Below are positions 8,754 to 18,164 of a stretch of DNA of 45,415 bases, one piece after another (within the stretch, counting starts at the first letter, position 1; each line of letters begins with the position of its first letter). A model generated the notes under the pieces. It was not told the origin of the DNA. It searched no databases and saw only the letters and a program-made list of their open reading frames with translations. Source of the DNA: Chloroflexota bacterium (GTDB lineage: Bacteria > Chloroflexota > Anaerolineae > Anaerolineales > UBA4823); NCBI GenBank assembly GCA_030611505.1, contig JAUWPO010000003.1:1-45415 (forward strand). Reading direction: 5' to 3'. The position numbers and the translations under genes were made by a program.

Positions 8754-9750
8754 TACCCGCCCCAGAATCCTTGGGATTCCAAATCGTTATCTTACGTTGG
8801 CAATAATAGTATTGGGCATATTTGCCGCTCGTGTTTATGCACCTGTTTTGCCACATATCCAGGTAGCACCTGAACGTTTATCACACCAACCATTATTCAC
8901 ATTACCTGTTATTGGTCCTTTCTATTTGACAAATACCATGACAGCGATGGTCATCGCAGATATTATTCTACTTCTGATTACTTTTGCGGTTTGGAAAGCA
9001 GTGAAAAGCGGCAGTTTAGTACCCCAAGGATTTTCCGGGGCGATAGAAGCCTTTATCGAAGTGTTATACAATATGACCGAATCCACTGCAGGAAAGTGGA
9101 CAAAAAAAATTTTTCCTTATTTTGGCGCGATTACCCTTTTGGTCCTAGTCGTCAACTGGACGGAATTAATTCCAGGTGTGGATACAATCGGGATTTTAGA
9201 GCCTGTGGTAGAGCATGGGAATCCAATCGAACAGGTCACGAGCAATATATACACTTTAATACGACCTGAAGGTGGAACAGATAGCGATCATGCTGCAGGT
9301 TTTACGCTCATAGGTTTTGTGCGAACACTTTCAACCGATTTAAATTTTACAGTTGCACTGGCATTAATTTCAGTGTTCATGACTCAGGTGATCGGTTTTC
9401 AAGCACTCGGACCGGGCTACTTCTCAAAATTTATAAACATTTCTGCTCTTTGGAACGTATTTAATAAACCAATGGGGATTATCGATTTTGCCGTTGGTTT
9501 GCTTGAGATCGTGTCAGAAATTTCAAAAATACTCTCTTTCTCCTTCCGGTTGTTTGGTAATATTTTTGCTGGTACCGTTTTACTTTTTGTAATTGGTACC
9601 TTGGTGCCCGTATTAGCTCCCTCGTTATTTTTGATGTTGGAAATATTTGTTGGTTTGATTCAAGCGTTCGTATTTGGTATGCTCACTATGGTATTTATGT
9701 CTCTGGCAACAAAGGGTCATGGAGATCATGAGGAACAGCACGACCATTAA
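8746..9750 (+). CDS. atpB: F0F1 ATP synthase subunit a
   Basis: Motifs TDLNFTVALAL, SFSFRLFGNIFAG (essential Arg) and LEIFVGLIQAFVF. GTG start after SD AAGGAGG. Confidence 0.96.
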   Translation: MNNTRPRILGIPNRYLTLAIIVLGIFAARVYAPVLPHIQVAPERLSHQPLFTLPVIGPFYLTNTMTAMVIADIILLLITFAVWKAVKSGSLVPQGFSGAIEAFIEVLYNMTESTAGKWTKKIFPYFGAITLLVLVVNWTELIPGVDTIGILEPVVEHGNPIEQVTSNIYTLIRPEGGTDSDHAAGFTLIGFVRTLSTDLNFTVALALISVFMTQVIGFQALGPGYFSKFINISALWNVFNKPMGIIDFAVGLLEIVSEISKILSFSFRLFGNIFAGTVLLFVIGTLVPVLAPSLFLMLEIFVGLIQAFVFGMLTMVFMSLATKGHGDHEEQHDH

Positions 9751-9850
9751 TATGGTAAATGATTTCTTGAGATACCCATAAATTTTTAATAGGAATTATC
9801 AATAGTCAGTTATTTACAAAGATTAATAAAAGGAGGTTAATTAGAAGACA

Positions 9851-10078
9851 ATGGATGCAGCAGCAGCAAAACTCATCGGAGCAGGCATAGCCATGCTTGG
9901 CACAATAGGTGCTGGATTAGGAATTGGCATCCTTGTAAGTGGTGCAGTTCAAGGAATTGCTCGCAATCCAGACGCAAGCGGCGATGTACAAACGAATATG
10001 ATTCTAGGGATTGCTTTTGCGGAAGCGGTCGCTATTTATTGTTTGGTTGTCGCACTCTTGATCCTATTCGTTGGTTAA
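9851..10078 (+). CDS. atpE: F0F1 ATP synthase subunit c (H+-type motif)
   Basis: GxGxGxG (GAGLGIG), ARNP loop, and ion-binding Glu in FAEAVAIY. SD AGGAGG. Confidence 0.97.
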   Translation: MDAAAAKLIGAGIAMLGTIGAGLGIGILVSGAVQGIARNPDASGDVQTNMILGIAFAEAVAIYCLVVALLILFVG

Positions 10079-10110
10079 CATCGTAAAAACAAAAGAAAAG
10101 GAGGTAGGTT

Positions 10111-10845
10111 TTGGAAGCACTAGGCCTTAACCTGGGATATCTCTTAGTTCAGATCTTAAACTTTGCACTTGTCTTTATTGTCTTGCGTGCCTTTGTGTTC
10201 AAGCCGATAATGGATTTACTTGACAAACGCCGCAAATCCATTGCTCAAGGCTTACAGGATGCCCAAGTAGCAGCGGAAGCGCGCGCTAATGCGGAAAAGG
10301 ATGCGCAGGAGATATTAACAAAGGCACAGGCTGAAGCAAATCAAAATATTCGGGAAGCGACTGAAAGAGCGGAAGTTGTTAGTAAAGAAATCATGGCTCA
10401 AGCTGAATCCGATGCTGCAAAAGCGCGCGAAGCAGCCTTAGCCGATGCCGGTTTGGAACGTGACCGGATGCTGGCAGATGTCCGCGGTCAAGTCGCAGCA
10501 CTTGCTATGGCTGCGACTCATAAACTGATAGGCGATGCTTTGGATGAAAAACGCCAACGTGCCCTCATCGATGAATTCTTCTCAGGTGTCAAGTCCGGAG
10601 AAGTTGTCGTGTTAGAGGATACCGGATTGAGTGGAGCTTCGGCTGAAATTATTAGTGCTCTACCGCTTACCGAAGAAGAAAAAGAAATTGTCAGGCAAGA
10701 CATAACATCAAAAACAGGCAGTCAGACTGTCACATTTCGGGTTGACCCGTCCATACTCGGTGGATTGGTCGTTAAAGTTGGCGATAAAGTCTTAGATGGT
10801 TCCGTGTCTGGACAACTCGAGTCGCTCCAACAAAGTTTATCATAA
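10111..10845 (+). CDS. atpF: ATP synthase subunit b fused to the C-terminal domain of subunit delta
   Basis: N-terminal QILNF..FKPI..LDKR followed by an Ala/Glu coiled coil (subunit b). C-terminal SALPLTEEE...VDPSILGGLVVKVGDKVLDGSV..QL is the delta/OSCP C-domain. TTG start, SD AGGAGG. Confidence 0.92.
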   Translation: MEALGLNLGYLLVQILNFALVFIVLRAFVFKPIMDLLDKRRKSIAQGLQDAQVAAEARANAEKDAQEILTKAQAEANQNIREATERAEVVSKEIMAQAESDAAKAREAALADAGLERDRMLADVRGQVAALAMAATHKLIGDALDEKRQRALIDEFFSGVKSGEVVVLEDTGLSGASAEIISALPLTEEEKEIVRQDITSKTGSQTVTFRVDPSILGGLVVKVGDKVLDGSVSGQLESLQQSLS

Positions 10846-10911
10846 CGCAGATTCGAAATTCGTTTGGTGAGTCTCAGTTTTAAATACGTATTACTTTATT
10901 TGAATAATATA

Positions 10912-10947
10912 AAAATGCTCAGGGAGATGTAAGTTCCTGGGCGTTTT
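10912..10947 (+). terminator. Intrinsic terminator candidate after the Fo genes
   Basis: AAAATGCTCAGGGA-gatgtaag-TTCCTGGGCGTTTT forms a 14-bp stem including G.U pairs and ends in a T run. Confidence 0.6.
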
Positions 10948-10961
10948 CCTGTACTATTTTT

Positions 10962-12551
10962 ATGGAACAAAATGACCGAACCAGGGGATCGACTGTCAGG
11001 CTTGAGGATATTATGGAGTCTCTGCCTGAAAAAGAATATTCGGCGGATTTAAACATCATAATTACAGGAGTGACACCAGATTCGCGGCGCGTTAATACCG
11101 GCGTTTTATTTGTCGCTGTCAAGGGGGGGACAAATGATGGTCATGATTTTATTCCAGATGCAATCGAACGAGGGGCAAGCGCTGTAATTGGGACTCAAGT
11201 GATTCAAGATTGCGATGTCCCATATATTCGCGTCTCAGACAGCCGCTTGGCGCTTGCTAATGCATCAGCGGCTTATCATGGTTTTCCATCCCGCAAGCTG
11301 GTAATGATTGGGATAACAGGAACGGACGGTAAGACGACGACGGCTAATTTAATCTTTAATATACTTCAGACTGCCGGCTTTCAAACCGGTATGATTTCAA
11401 CAGTCAATGCCGTGATCGGCGAGGAAACCTTGGATACAGGATTGCATGTCACGACGCCAGATGCTTCAGAACTTCATGGCTATTTAGCCCAAATGGTAGA
11501 AACTGGCATAACGCATGTAGTCTTAGAAGCGACCTCTCATGGGCTAGCCCAACACCGTTTATCTGCATGTGATTTTGATATCGCTGTAGTCACAAATATC
11601 GCCCATGAACATTTGGATTACCACGGGACATATGAAGAATATCGTGCTACAAAGGCGCGCTTATTTACTGCATTGGAGCACGGATATCCGAAACAAATTA
11701 ATCCAGAGAGGGGTGCGGTGCTAAATATGGACGACATCTCATTCCAATACTTGTCTTCTGTTACTTCTTCCACACAAATAACCTATGGGATTAAGCAAGA
11801 TGCAGATATAAAGTCATTAAGTGTGCGGGAATCCATAAATGGTTTGGATTTTATTGTAGATGGACATGGCATTCACCACAGGTCTTTTCGTTTCCCTGTT
11901 TTCACCCCCCTGATAGGTCGTTATAACATCTCCAATTGTTTGGCTGCGATTGCAGCAACAAAAGGGATAATGGATTTACCTGGGGACGTGATCCAAAAGG
12001 GTATAAGTACTATGGCTTGTGTGCCAGGGAGGATGGAGAGAATTAAGATCGGGCAGGAATTTATTGCGATTGTTGATTTCGCTCACACACCCAATGCACT
12101 AAAAAATGCTTTAACAGCAGCTCGTGCTCTGACCGCTGGTAAGGTTATCGCAGTTTTCGGATCGGCTGGCTTGCGCGATAAGGCTAAACGCTGTTTGATG
12201 GCCGAGATTTCAGCCGAATTGGCAGACCTAATAATCTTGACTGCTGAAGACCCCAGGACAGAATCCTTGCAATTTATCTTGTCGGAAATGGCGGAAGGGT
12301 TGAAAACAAAAAATGGGGTCGAGGGCGATACTTTCTGGCGCATCCCGGACCGGGGAGAAGCTATCCGCTTTGCGGTTGAATTAGCTGAGCCGGGGGATTT
12401 GGTAATCGCCTGCGGTAAAGGGCATGAGCAGTCAATGTGCTTTGGTGAAACGGAATATGCCTGGGATGAACGGATCGCGATGACAGCAGCCTTATCTGAA
12501 CGGCTGGGGATACCCGGACCTGAGATGCCTTTTTTACCTACACATCACTAA
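10962..12551 (+). CDS. murE: UDP-MurNAc-L-Ala-D-Glu--diamino acid ligase
   Basis: Motifs DSRRV, GITGTDGKTTT P-loop, HVTTP, EATSHGL, HEHLDYHGT, VPGRME, VDFAHTPNAL, EDPR and GKGHE. Alternative start at ATG 11013 after GAGGA. Confidence 0.95.
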   Translation: MEQNDRTRGSTVRLEDIMESLPEKEYSADLNIIITGVTPDSRRVNTGVLFVAVKGGTNDGHDFIPDAIERGASAVIGTQVIQDCDVPYIRVSDSRLALANASAAYHGFPSRKLVMIGITGTDGKTTTANLIFNILQTAGFQTGMISTVNAVIGEETLDTGLHVTTPDASELHGYLAQMVETGITHVVLEATSHGLAQHRLSACDFDIAVVTNIAHEHLDYHGTYEEYRATKARLFTALEHGYPKQINPERGAVLNMDDISFQYLSSVTSSTQITYGIKQDADIKSLSVRESINGLDFIVDGHGIHHRSFRFPVFTPLIGRYNISNCLAAIAATKGIMDLPGDVIQKGISTMACVPGRMERIKIGQEFIAIVDFAHTPNALKNALTAARALTAGKVIAVFGSAGLRDKAKRCLMAEISAELADLIILTAEDPRTESLQFILSEMAEGLKTKNGVEGDTFWRIPDRGEAIRFAVELAEPGDLVIACGKGHEQSMCFGETEYAWDERIAMTAALSERLGIPGPEMPFLPTHH

Positions 12552-12559
12552 TAGAGATA

Positions 12560-12886
12560 CTAATACTTATACTCTTCTCGTACAGGGCTAAAAATATCCA
12601 AGACTTTGGCTGGAGTTCCCCCGACCTGCACTTCATGATCTACTCCGCCTGGAATAATATATAAGTCCCCTGGGTGTAAGAGGCTTGTTTCGCCTCCAAT
12701 TATGAATTCCAATTCCCCTTCAAGCACTATCCCCCCTTGTTCGTGTGTGTGGTTGTGTTTGGGGAGTGTGGCGTTTGCGTCCAACTCCACAATCACCATC
12801 ATCATTTTTTCTCCCCAAAAAGTCCTCGCATGAATGCCAGTAAATAAATCCTTTTCCTCCCGGTCGGCAGGGTTGTAAAAAAACAT
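12560..12886 (-). CDS. Cupin_2 domain protein
   Basis: Metal-binding motifs PKHNHTHEQ..VLEGEL and PGDLYIIPGGVDH; C-terminal DIFSPVREEY is typical of the small cupin family. Confidence 0.9.
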   Translation of the reverse strand: MFFYNPADREEKDLFTGIHARTFWGEKMMMVIVELDANATLPKHNHTHEQGGIVLEGELEFIIGGETSLLHPGDLYIIPGGVDHEVQVGGTPAKVLDIFSPVREEYKY

Positions 12887-12934
12887 CCTTTATTCTCTGG
12901 GTGTGTTTGAATAATATACGTTTGTGGATTTAAA

Positions 12935-13165
12935 TCAGGATTCCAGTACAAGACATGTCAAAGTATCAATTACACCAGGAATCGGTTGTATATCTGCTGC
13001 AATCAAGCGACCAATTCTGTGGACGTTCTCAGCCTGGATTACAGCAACGACGTCATAAGGACCGAATGTCATATTTGCATCCATTACCCCATCAATACGT
13101 CGTAAATTATTGACGACCTCCAGGATTGCTCCGGATCGTACTGTGATCATTACATACGCTTTCAT
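12935..13165 (-). CDS. Stand-alone Lrp/AsnC ligand-binding (RAM) domain protein
   Basis: MKAYVMITVRSG...IDGV......FGPYDVVAVI....IPGVIDTLTCLV. SD GAGGAG supports ATG 13165 (76 aa). No HTH domain. Confidence 0.88.
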   Translation of the reverse strand: MKAYVMITVRSGAILEVVNNLRRIDGVMDANMTFGPYDVVAVIQAENVHRIGRLIAADIQPIPGVIDTLTCLVLES

Positions 13166-13188
13166 TTCATCTCCTCGGTGTTTAAGAG

Positions 13189-14082
13189 CTATTTTCTTGC
13201 GGGACGGAGAAAGATTATCCAATATATACCTGCGACAAAAATCGCGCCTCCGATAATATTCCCGATTGTTACTGGCAGCAGATTGTCGATAAGAAAAGAT
13301 TCCCAGGAGAGGGATGAATAATCAGCAGGTGTCCTGCCTATCGTGCCCCAAAATTCAGTCGTCCCAAAGTTTTTTATTAGAAGGGCAATTGGGATAAAGT
13401 ACATATTAGCAATACTGTGTTCGAAGCCAGCGGCAACGAATGCTGTGACGGGGAAGATGATGGCTGCGATCTTGTCGATTGTACTGCGAGCGCTGAAAGT
13501 CATCCACACAGCAAGACAAACCAGGGTATTACAAAGGATACCAAGTGCTATCGCTTGGATAAACCCAAGTCCGACTTTTGCCTGTGCAATATTGAGAGCT
13601 GCAGCTCCAACTGCTCCGCCGCCGAACAGGTATTGTTTGCTGATAAACACCAATAACGCTGTTCCAAAAGCACCGACAAAGTTGCCAATATAGACGACCC
13701 CCCAATTTCGCAGCAGGGCAGATGAAGAGACTTTCCCGCTTGCCCAGGCCATTACAATCAGGTTGTTCCCAGTGAACAGTTCAGCGCCTCCAACTACTAC
13801 CAGAATAAGACCCAGGCAGAAAACGAAACCTGCAAGTAGTTTGTTGAACCCAAATGGAAAATCTGTAAATAATGCAGTTGTCCCCTCCATTGTTTTAATG
13901 GGCATATCGCCTGCAATAACAGTTGTGGCAAAAACCGCACCCAGAGCAATAAAGGCACCGGCAAGTATCGCCAGTGCAAACATTGTAAGAAGTGGAGCTT
14001 CGGCTTTCCGTACGCCGATATATTCGGCTCTGGTTGCCATCTCTGACGGCAGTAAAGCATCTATATGCAGTTCAGGACTCAT
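13189..14082 (-). CDS. focA: Formate/nitrite channel, FocA-like
   Basis: N-terminal DALLPSEMA.RAEYIGVRKA resembles FocA. FNT motifs GAELFTGN, LCN.LVCLAVW, GFEHSIANM and GNIIGG. Confidence 0.9.
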   Translation of the reverse strand: MSPELHIDALLPSEMATRAEYIGVRKAEAPLLTMFALAILAGAFIALGAVFATTVIAGDMPIKTMEGTTALFTDFPFGFNKLLAGFVFCLGLILVVVGGAELFTGNNLIVMAWASGKVSSSALLRNWGVVYIGNFVGAFGTALLVFISKQYLFGGGAVGAAALNIAQAKVGLGFIQAIALGILCNTLVCLAVWMTFSARSTIDKIAAIIFPVTAFVAAGFEHSIANMYFIPIALLIKNFGTTEFWGTIGRTPADYSSLSWESFLIDNLLPVTIGNIIGGAIFVAGIYWIIFLRPARK

Positions 14083-14541
14083 AGTGATCTAACGCTCCAA
14101 CCTACTTTTGTGAAATATCCAACGTTTGAAAGTCTAACTCTAATATGACCTTTTACAAGGGACAAAAAACACTTAGACGTTATGAATAAATCATATCTAA
14201 GTGATGATTGGTAATTTAATGCATAATGATTTAACTTAAGATAGTTATACTTATATGGTACATCATAAAGGTCGAAATCGTAATTTCTATGGTATCCTTG
14301 CGTCGATGTCTTAAGCCTCGATGGCTGATACCCAAAATTTTTTTCCTTATTCCAGTCGCCAATTACTACCTTTTACTATGTTGAGCGTTGCGCTCTCTAT
14401 AATGAATTGGGAATTCCATTTTACTGTGACATCCCAATTATATCAAGAAAAATCCTCCAGGTCAGGTGCTTATTGATTGTTCAGGGCACAGGAATTATCA
14501 ACGCGAATTTCGCTCAATAACCTGTTACGGATTCCCTTTCA

Positions 14542-16305
14542 ATGACACATACATCTTTATCAACAGAATTCAGTCTGCCTGAGAGCAGTAACACTGATCG
14601 GCGCAGTGCGGTACGGTGGATAATATCGTATGCTTTGCGGTACTGGTCTTTATTACTAATGGTATTGATCGGGGCAATAAGTAATGCGGGTCTTGCGGCT
14701 TTAGTCCCTGTGTTGATCGGTCAGGCTTTCAACGCGGTATTTGAGTCCCCTCCTAACATAAACGTACTGGTACAAATTGCCATCTTAATAGTGGTGAGCC
14801 AGATAGTACGGGGGGTACTGCAATTTGGTCGTAACTTTGGCGCCGAGTTGACTGGTCAGCGTGTGGAGCGGGATGTACGTCACGAATTATATGTCAGCCT
14901 GCTAGGAAAAAGCATGACATTCCACAGCTTACAGCCGGTCGGGGATACAATGGCACGTGCCACCAATGACGTCCGCGAGTTGAACCTTTTATTCAACCCT
15001 GGTTTGAACTTAGTAATTGGTTCAGCAGTTTTTATGTTTATGCCGTTAATAATTGCACCACGCTACCATCCGTCCTTAGTGCTAATACCCTTATTGTTCA
15101 TCGTAATTTATTACATTGCAATCTGGCAATATTTGCGCGAACTGCAACCGATCACAAACAACATACGGACAGCATTTGGGCAGTTAAACACCAGATTGGC
15201 GGAAGCAATCGATGGAATAGAGACAGTCAAGGGCATGGCTCAAGAAACCAGTGAGGTCGAACGTTTCGCAAGTATTGCGCGCCGGTTCCGAGATGCGTTT
15301 GTCAAGCAAGGGGATGTAGAAGCCCGCTTTTTACCTTTGCTTTTATTGGGAATTGCTCAAGCTTTGGCTCTCTTTCAAGCATTGATTCTGTTTAAAAATG
15401 GTTCCCTGGATGTTGGAGATGTGATTGCTTACTTTGGACTCATTCAATTATTTGGATTCCCAACTTTTGTCTCCTTATTCGCATACTCTCAGATTTCTCT
15501 GGGGATTGCCGGAGCAACTCGAATCCTTGACTTGATCAACCGTGAAAATGATTTGGATCAAAACCTGCAGGGATATTCCGGACCAATGCGAGGCGAAATT
15601 GAATTTCGAAGCGTTTCGTTTTCGTATGGAGAGAAGGAACAGGCAGTGGCAGACATCTCCTTTAAAGTTGAACCTGGGCAGACTGTAGCTTTCGTCGGTC
15701 AAACCGGCAGCGGAAAAACCACACTGGTGAAACTTGTAAACCGCACTTATGATGTGACATCGGGTCAAGTTCTTGTTGATGGCGTCGATGTTCGTGATTG
15801 GAACCTGGAAGCTCTGAGGCGCAGCATTTCCTTTATTGAACAGGATGTGTTCTTGTTCTCGCGTAAGATTTCTGAGAACATTACTTTCGGGAATCCTGAT
15901 GCGACCCAGGAAAAGATGATAGAAGCGGCACAGGCTGCGCAGGTGCACGAGTTTATTTCGTCTTTTAAGAGCGGTTACCAGACAATTATCGGAGAGCGTG
16001 GTGCGACTCTTTCTGGGGGACAGCGCCAGCGTATCGCGTTGGCTCGGGCGTTCCTCACTGATCCACGGATACTTATATTGGATGATTCGACCAGCGCGAT
16101 TGACAGCGCAACCGAAGATGAAATCCAACGTGCTATATATACTGCAGCTCGTGGACGGACAACTTTCATCATTACCCATCGATTGTCACAGATCCGGTGG
16201 GCTGATCTGATCCTCGTCATGCGTCAAGGAAAAATAGCCGCTGTTGGGACACATGAGAAGTTAATGACATCCTCAGAAGATTACCAGCGAATTTTCAGCG
16301 AGTAA
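14542..16305 (+). CDS. Heterodimeric ABC exporter (type IV) TMD-NBD subunit A, non-canonical Walker B
   Basis: Six-TM domain; Walker A GQTGSGKT, signature LSGGQ, Walker B ILILDD (catalytic Glu replaced by Asp), H-loop THRL. Confidence 0.93.
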   Translation: MTHTSLSTEFSLPESSNTDRRSAVRWIISYALRYWSLLLMVLIGAISNAGLAALVPVLIGQAFNAVFESPPNINVLVQIAILIVVSQIVRGVLQFGRNFGAELTGQRVERDVRHELYVSLLGKSMTFHSLQPVGDTMARATNDVRELNLLFNPGLNLVIGSAVFMFMPLIIAPRYHPSLVLIPLLFIVIYYIAIWQYLRELQPITNNIRTAFGQLNTRLAEAIDGIETVKGMAQETSEVERFASIARRFRDAFVKQGDVEARFLPLLLLGIAQALALFQALILFKNGSLDVGDVIAYFGLIQLFGFPTFVSLFAYSQISLGIAGATRILDLINRENDLDQNLQGYSGPMRGEIEFRSVSFSYGEKEQAVADISFKVEPGQTVAFVGQTGSGKTTLVKLVNRTYDVTSGQVLVDGVDVRDWNLEALRRSISFIEQDVFLFSRKISENITFGNPDATQEKMIEAAQAAQVHEFISSFKSGYQTIIGERGATLSGGQRQRIALARAFLTDPRILILDDSTSAIDSATEDEIQRAIYTAARGRTTFIITHRLSQIRWADLILVMRQGKIAAVGTHEKLMTSSEDYQRIFSE

Positions 16306-16308
16306 GAA

Positions 16309-18126
16309 ATGGGATTTTTTTCAAGTTTAGATATTGAAGGCTACGATCGTCAATATACCGACAAGCAACTAGTAAGCCGCGCCGCTGAATATTTTCGCCC
16401 TTATACCCTTCAACTGATCACGGTAACGCTCTTACTTCTGGTGATTGCTCTAGCTGCTGCCGCCACCCCTCTGTTAGTCTCACGTAGCATTGATGCTATG
16501 GATGAAAATCTAACAACGTACGATATTGTTTTACTTTGTGGGGTTGTACTGCTGGCCGGAATAATAATTTGGATAGCGAATTGGGGTCGGCGAAGAATCG
16601 TGGTGCGCATGGTCGCTGATATTGTACTGGCTTTACGTATTGATGCATTCCGCGCAACCTCTGAACATGATCTCTCGTTCTTTGATGAATTTTCCTCTGG
16701 GAAGATCGTCTCCCGGATCACATCAGATACACATGAGTTTGGACAAACTGTGATTTTGATTACCGATTTGTTCGCTCAAATTGTACAAGCTGTCATTTTA
16801 GGCGCGGTTTTAGTCTCCATAAATTTGAGGCTATCACTTTATCTTTTTGCATTCTTGCCAATATTGTTTCTAGTGGCGCTCGGATTTCGGAGATTAGCGC
16901 GCAAGGTCACTCGTAGTGGAATGCGTGCAATGGCGAACGTAAACGCAACGATCAAAGAAACTGTCAGTGGGATTGTGGTAGCAAAAAATTTTCGACAGGA
17001 AACAAGTATTTTTGAGGAATTTGACCAAGCGAATAAGCAGTCATACCGTGTAAATGTTCAAAGGGGGTTAGTTCTTTCGTCGGTGTTTCCAGCATTAAAT
17101 GTTTTGGGAGGAATAGCGACTGCAATATTGTTATACATCGGAGGTATCAATGCTGCTTTGGGGATTATCTCCGCTGGGGCTTGGTTTTTATTTTTAATAA
17201 GTCTGGACCGTTTTTTCTTCCCGGTATTGAACCTTTCTGCATTTTGGGCTCAAATCCAATCCGGTCTTTCGGCTTCGGAGCGTGTGTTTGCCTTAATGGA
17301 TGTAGAATCCAATGTAGTTCAAAATGACAATTTATATGTGCCAGATCTAAAAGGGGAAATTAAGTTTCAGCATGTTTACTTCCATTATATAGATGGCGAA
17401 TCGATTTTTGATGATTTTGATCTCCATGTCTATCCTGGGGAGACCATCGCTTTGGTGGGTCACACTGGTGCTGGCAAATCTTCGATTGCCAAGCTTATCG
17501 CCAGGTATTATGAATTCCAGGGTGGACAGATCTTTATCGATGGTATAGATATTCGTTCATTTGATCTATACGATTACCGGTCACATCTTGGTATTGTCTC
17601 CCAGACACCCTTTTTATTTTCGGGGACTGTAGCAGATAATATTTGCTACACTTGTCCGAGTAAAGAAGTGTATTCCTTTATTCAGGAATTGGCGCACAAG
17701 ATTGGAGAGGGAGAGTGGTTGGGGACCTTGGCGAATGGTTTGGACACTGAAGTGGGTGAGCGAGGAGCGCGCCTCTCCATGGGACAGCGTCAATTAGTGT
17801 CTTTGATGCGTGTAATAGTACAAAAACCGGCGATATTTATCCTGGATGAAGCTACCGCAAGCATTGACCCGTTTACAGAATGGCAGATTCAACAAGCATT
17901 GGAAATGATCTTTGCAGACACAACCAGCATTTTAATAGCCCATCGTCTTTCAACTGTTAAGGCTGCTGACCGGATCATTGTGCTTGAACACGGGATGATC
18001 GTTGAAGAGGGGAACCATGAAGATTTGCTGGCAAAAAGCGGTGAGTATGCAAATTTATATAACACCTATTTTCGTCATCAAAGCTTGACCTATATTGAAG
18101 AGGCTAAGCAGCTTACATTTAAGTAA
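16309..18126 (+). CDS. Heterodimeric ABC exporter TMD-NBD subunit B
   Basis: Walker A GHTGAGKS, degenerate signature LSMGQ, Walker B IFILDE, AHRL. Starts 3 nt after the partner gene. Confidence 0.93.
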   Translation: MGFFSSLDIEGYDRQYTDKQLVSRAAEYFRPYTLQLITVTLLLLVIALAAAATPLLVSRSIDAMDENLTTYDIVLLCGVVLLAGIIIWIANWGRRRIVVRMVADIVLALRIDAFRATSEHDLSFFDEFSSGKIVSRITSDTHEFGQTVILITDLFAQIVQAVILGAVLVSINLRLSLYLFAFLPILFLVALGFRRLARKVTRSGMRAMANVNATIKETVSGIVVAKNFRQETSIFEEFDQANKQSYRVNVQRGLVLSSVFPALNVLGGIATAILLYIGGINAALGIISAGAWFLFLISLDRFFFPVLNLSAFWAQIQSGLSASERVFALMDVESNVVQNDNLYVPDLKGEIKFQHVYFHYIDGESIFDDFDLHVYPGETIALVGHTGAGKSSIAKLIARYYEFQGGQIFIDGIDIRSFDLYDYRSHLGIVSQTPFLFSGTVADNICYTCPSKEVYSFIQELAHKIGEGEWLGTLANGLDTEVGERGARLSMGQRQLVSLMRVIVQKPAIFILDEATASIDPFTEWQIQQALEMIFADTTSILIAHRLSTVKAADRIIVLEHGMIVEEGNHEDLLAKSGEYANLYNTYFRHQSLTYIEEAKQLTFK

Positions 18127-18164
18127 GGACTAGAATTAAGCTGAGATAAATTTATCGATTACAG

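Noticed and set aside
8445-10845. Calling the atp cluster a Na+-translocating N-ATPase
   Set aside because: There is no atpR and no flanking atpD/C or atpA/G, and the c subunit lacks Na+ ligands; only the b-delta fusion is shared.
14289-14384. Short ORF in the focA-ABC spacer as a leader peptide
   Set aside because: About 30 codons, no SD, and it lies upstream of the likely ABC promoter.
14474-14501. TTGAT...ATCAA as an FNR box
   Set aside because: The spacer is far longer than the required 4 nt.
15475-16179. 234-aa minus-strand ORF
   Set aside because: It lies entirely antisense to the conserved ABC NBD and has no recognisable motif; a shadow ORF.
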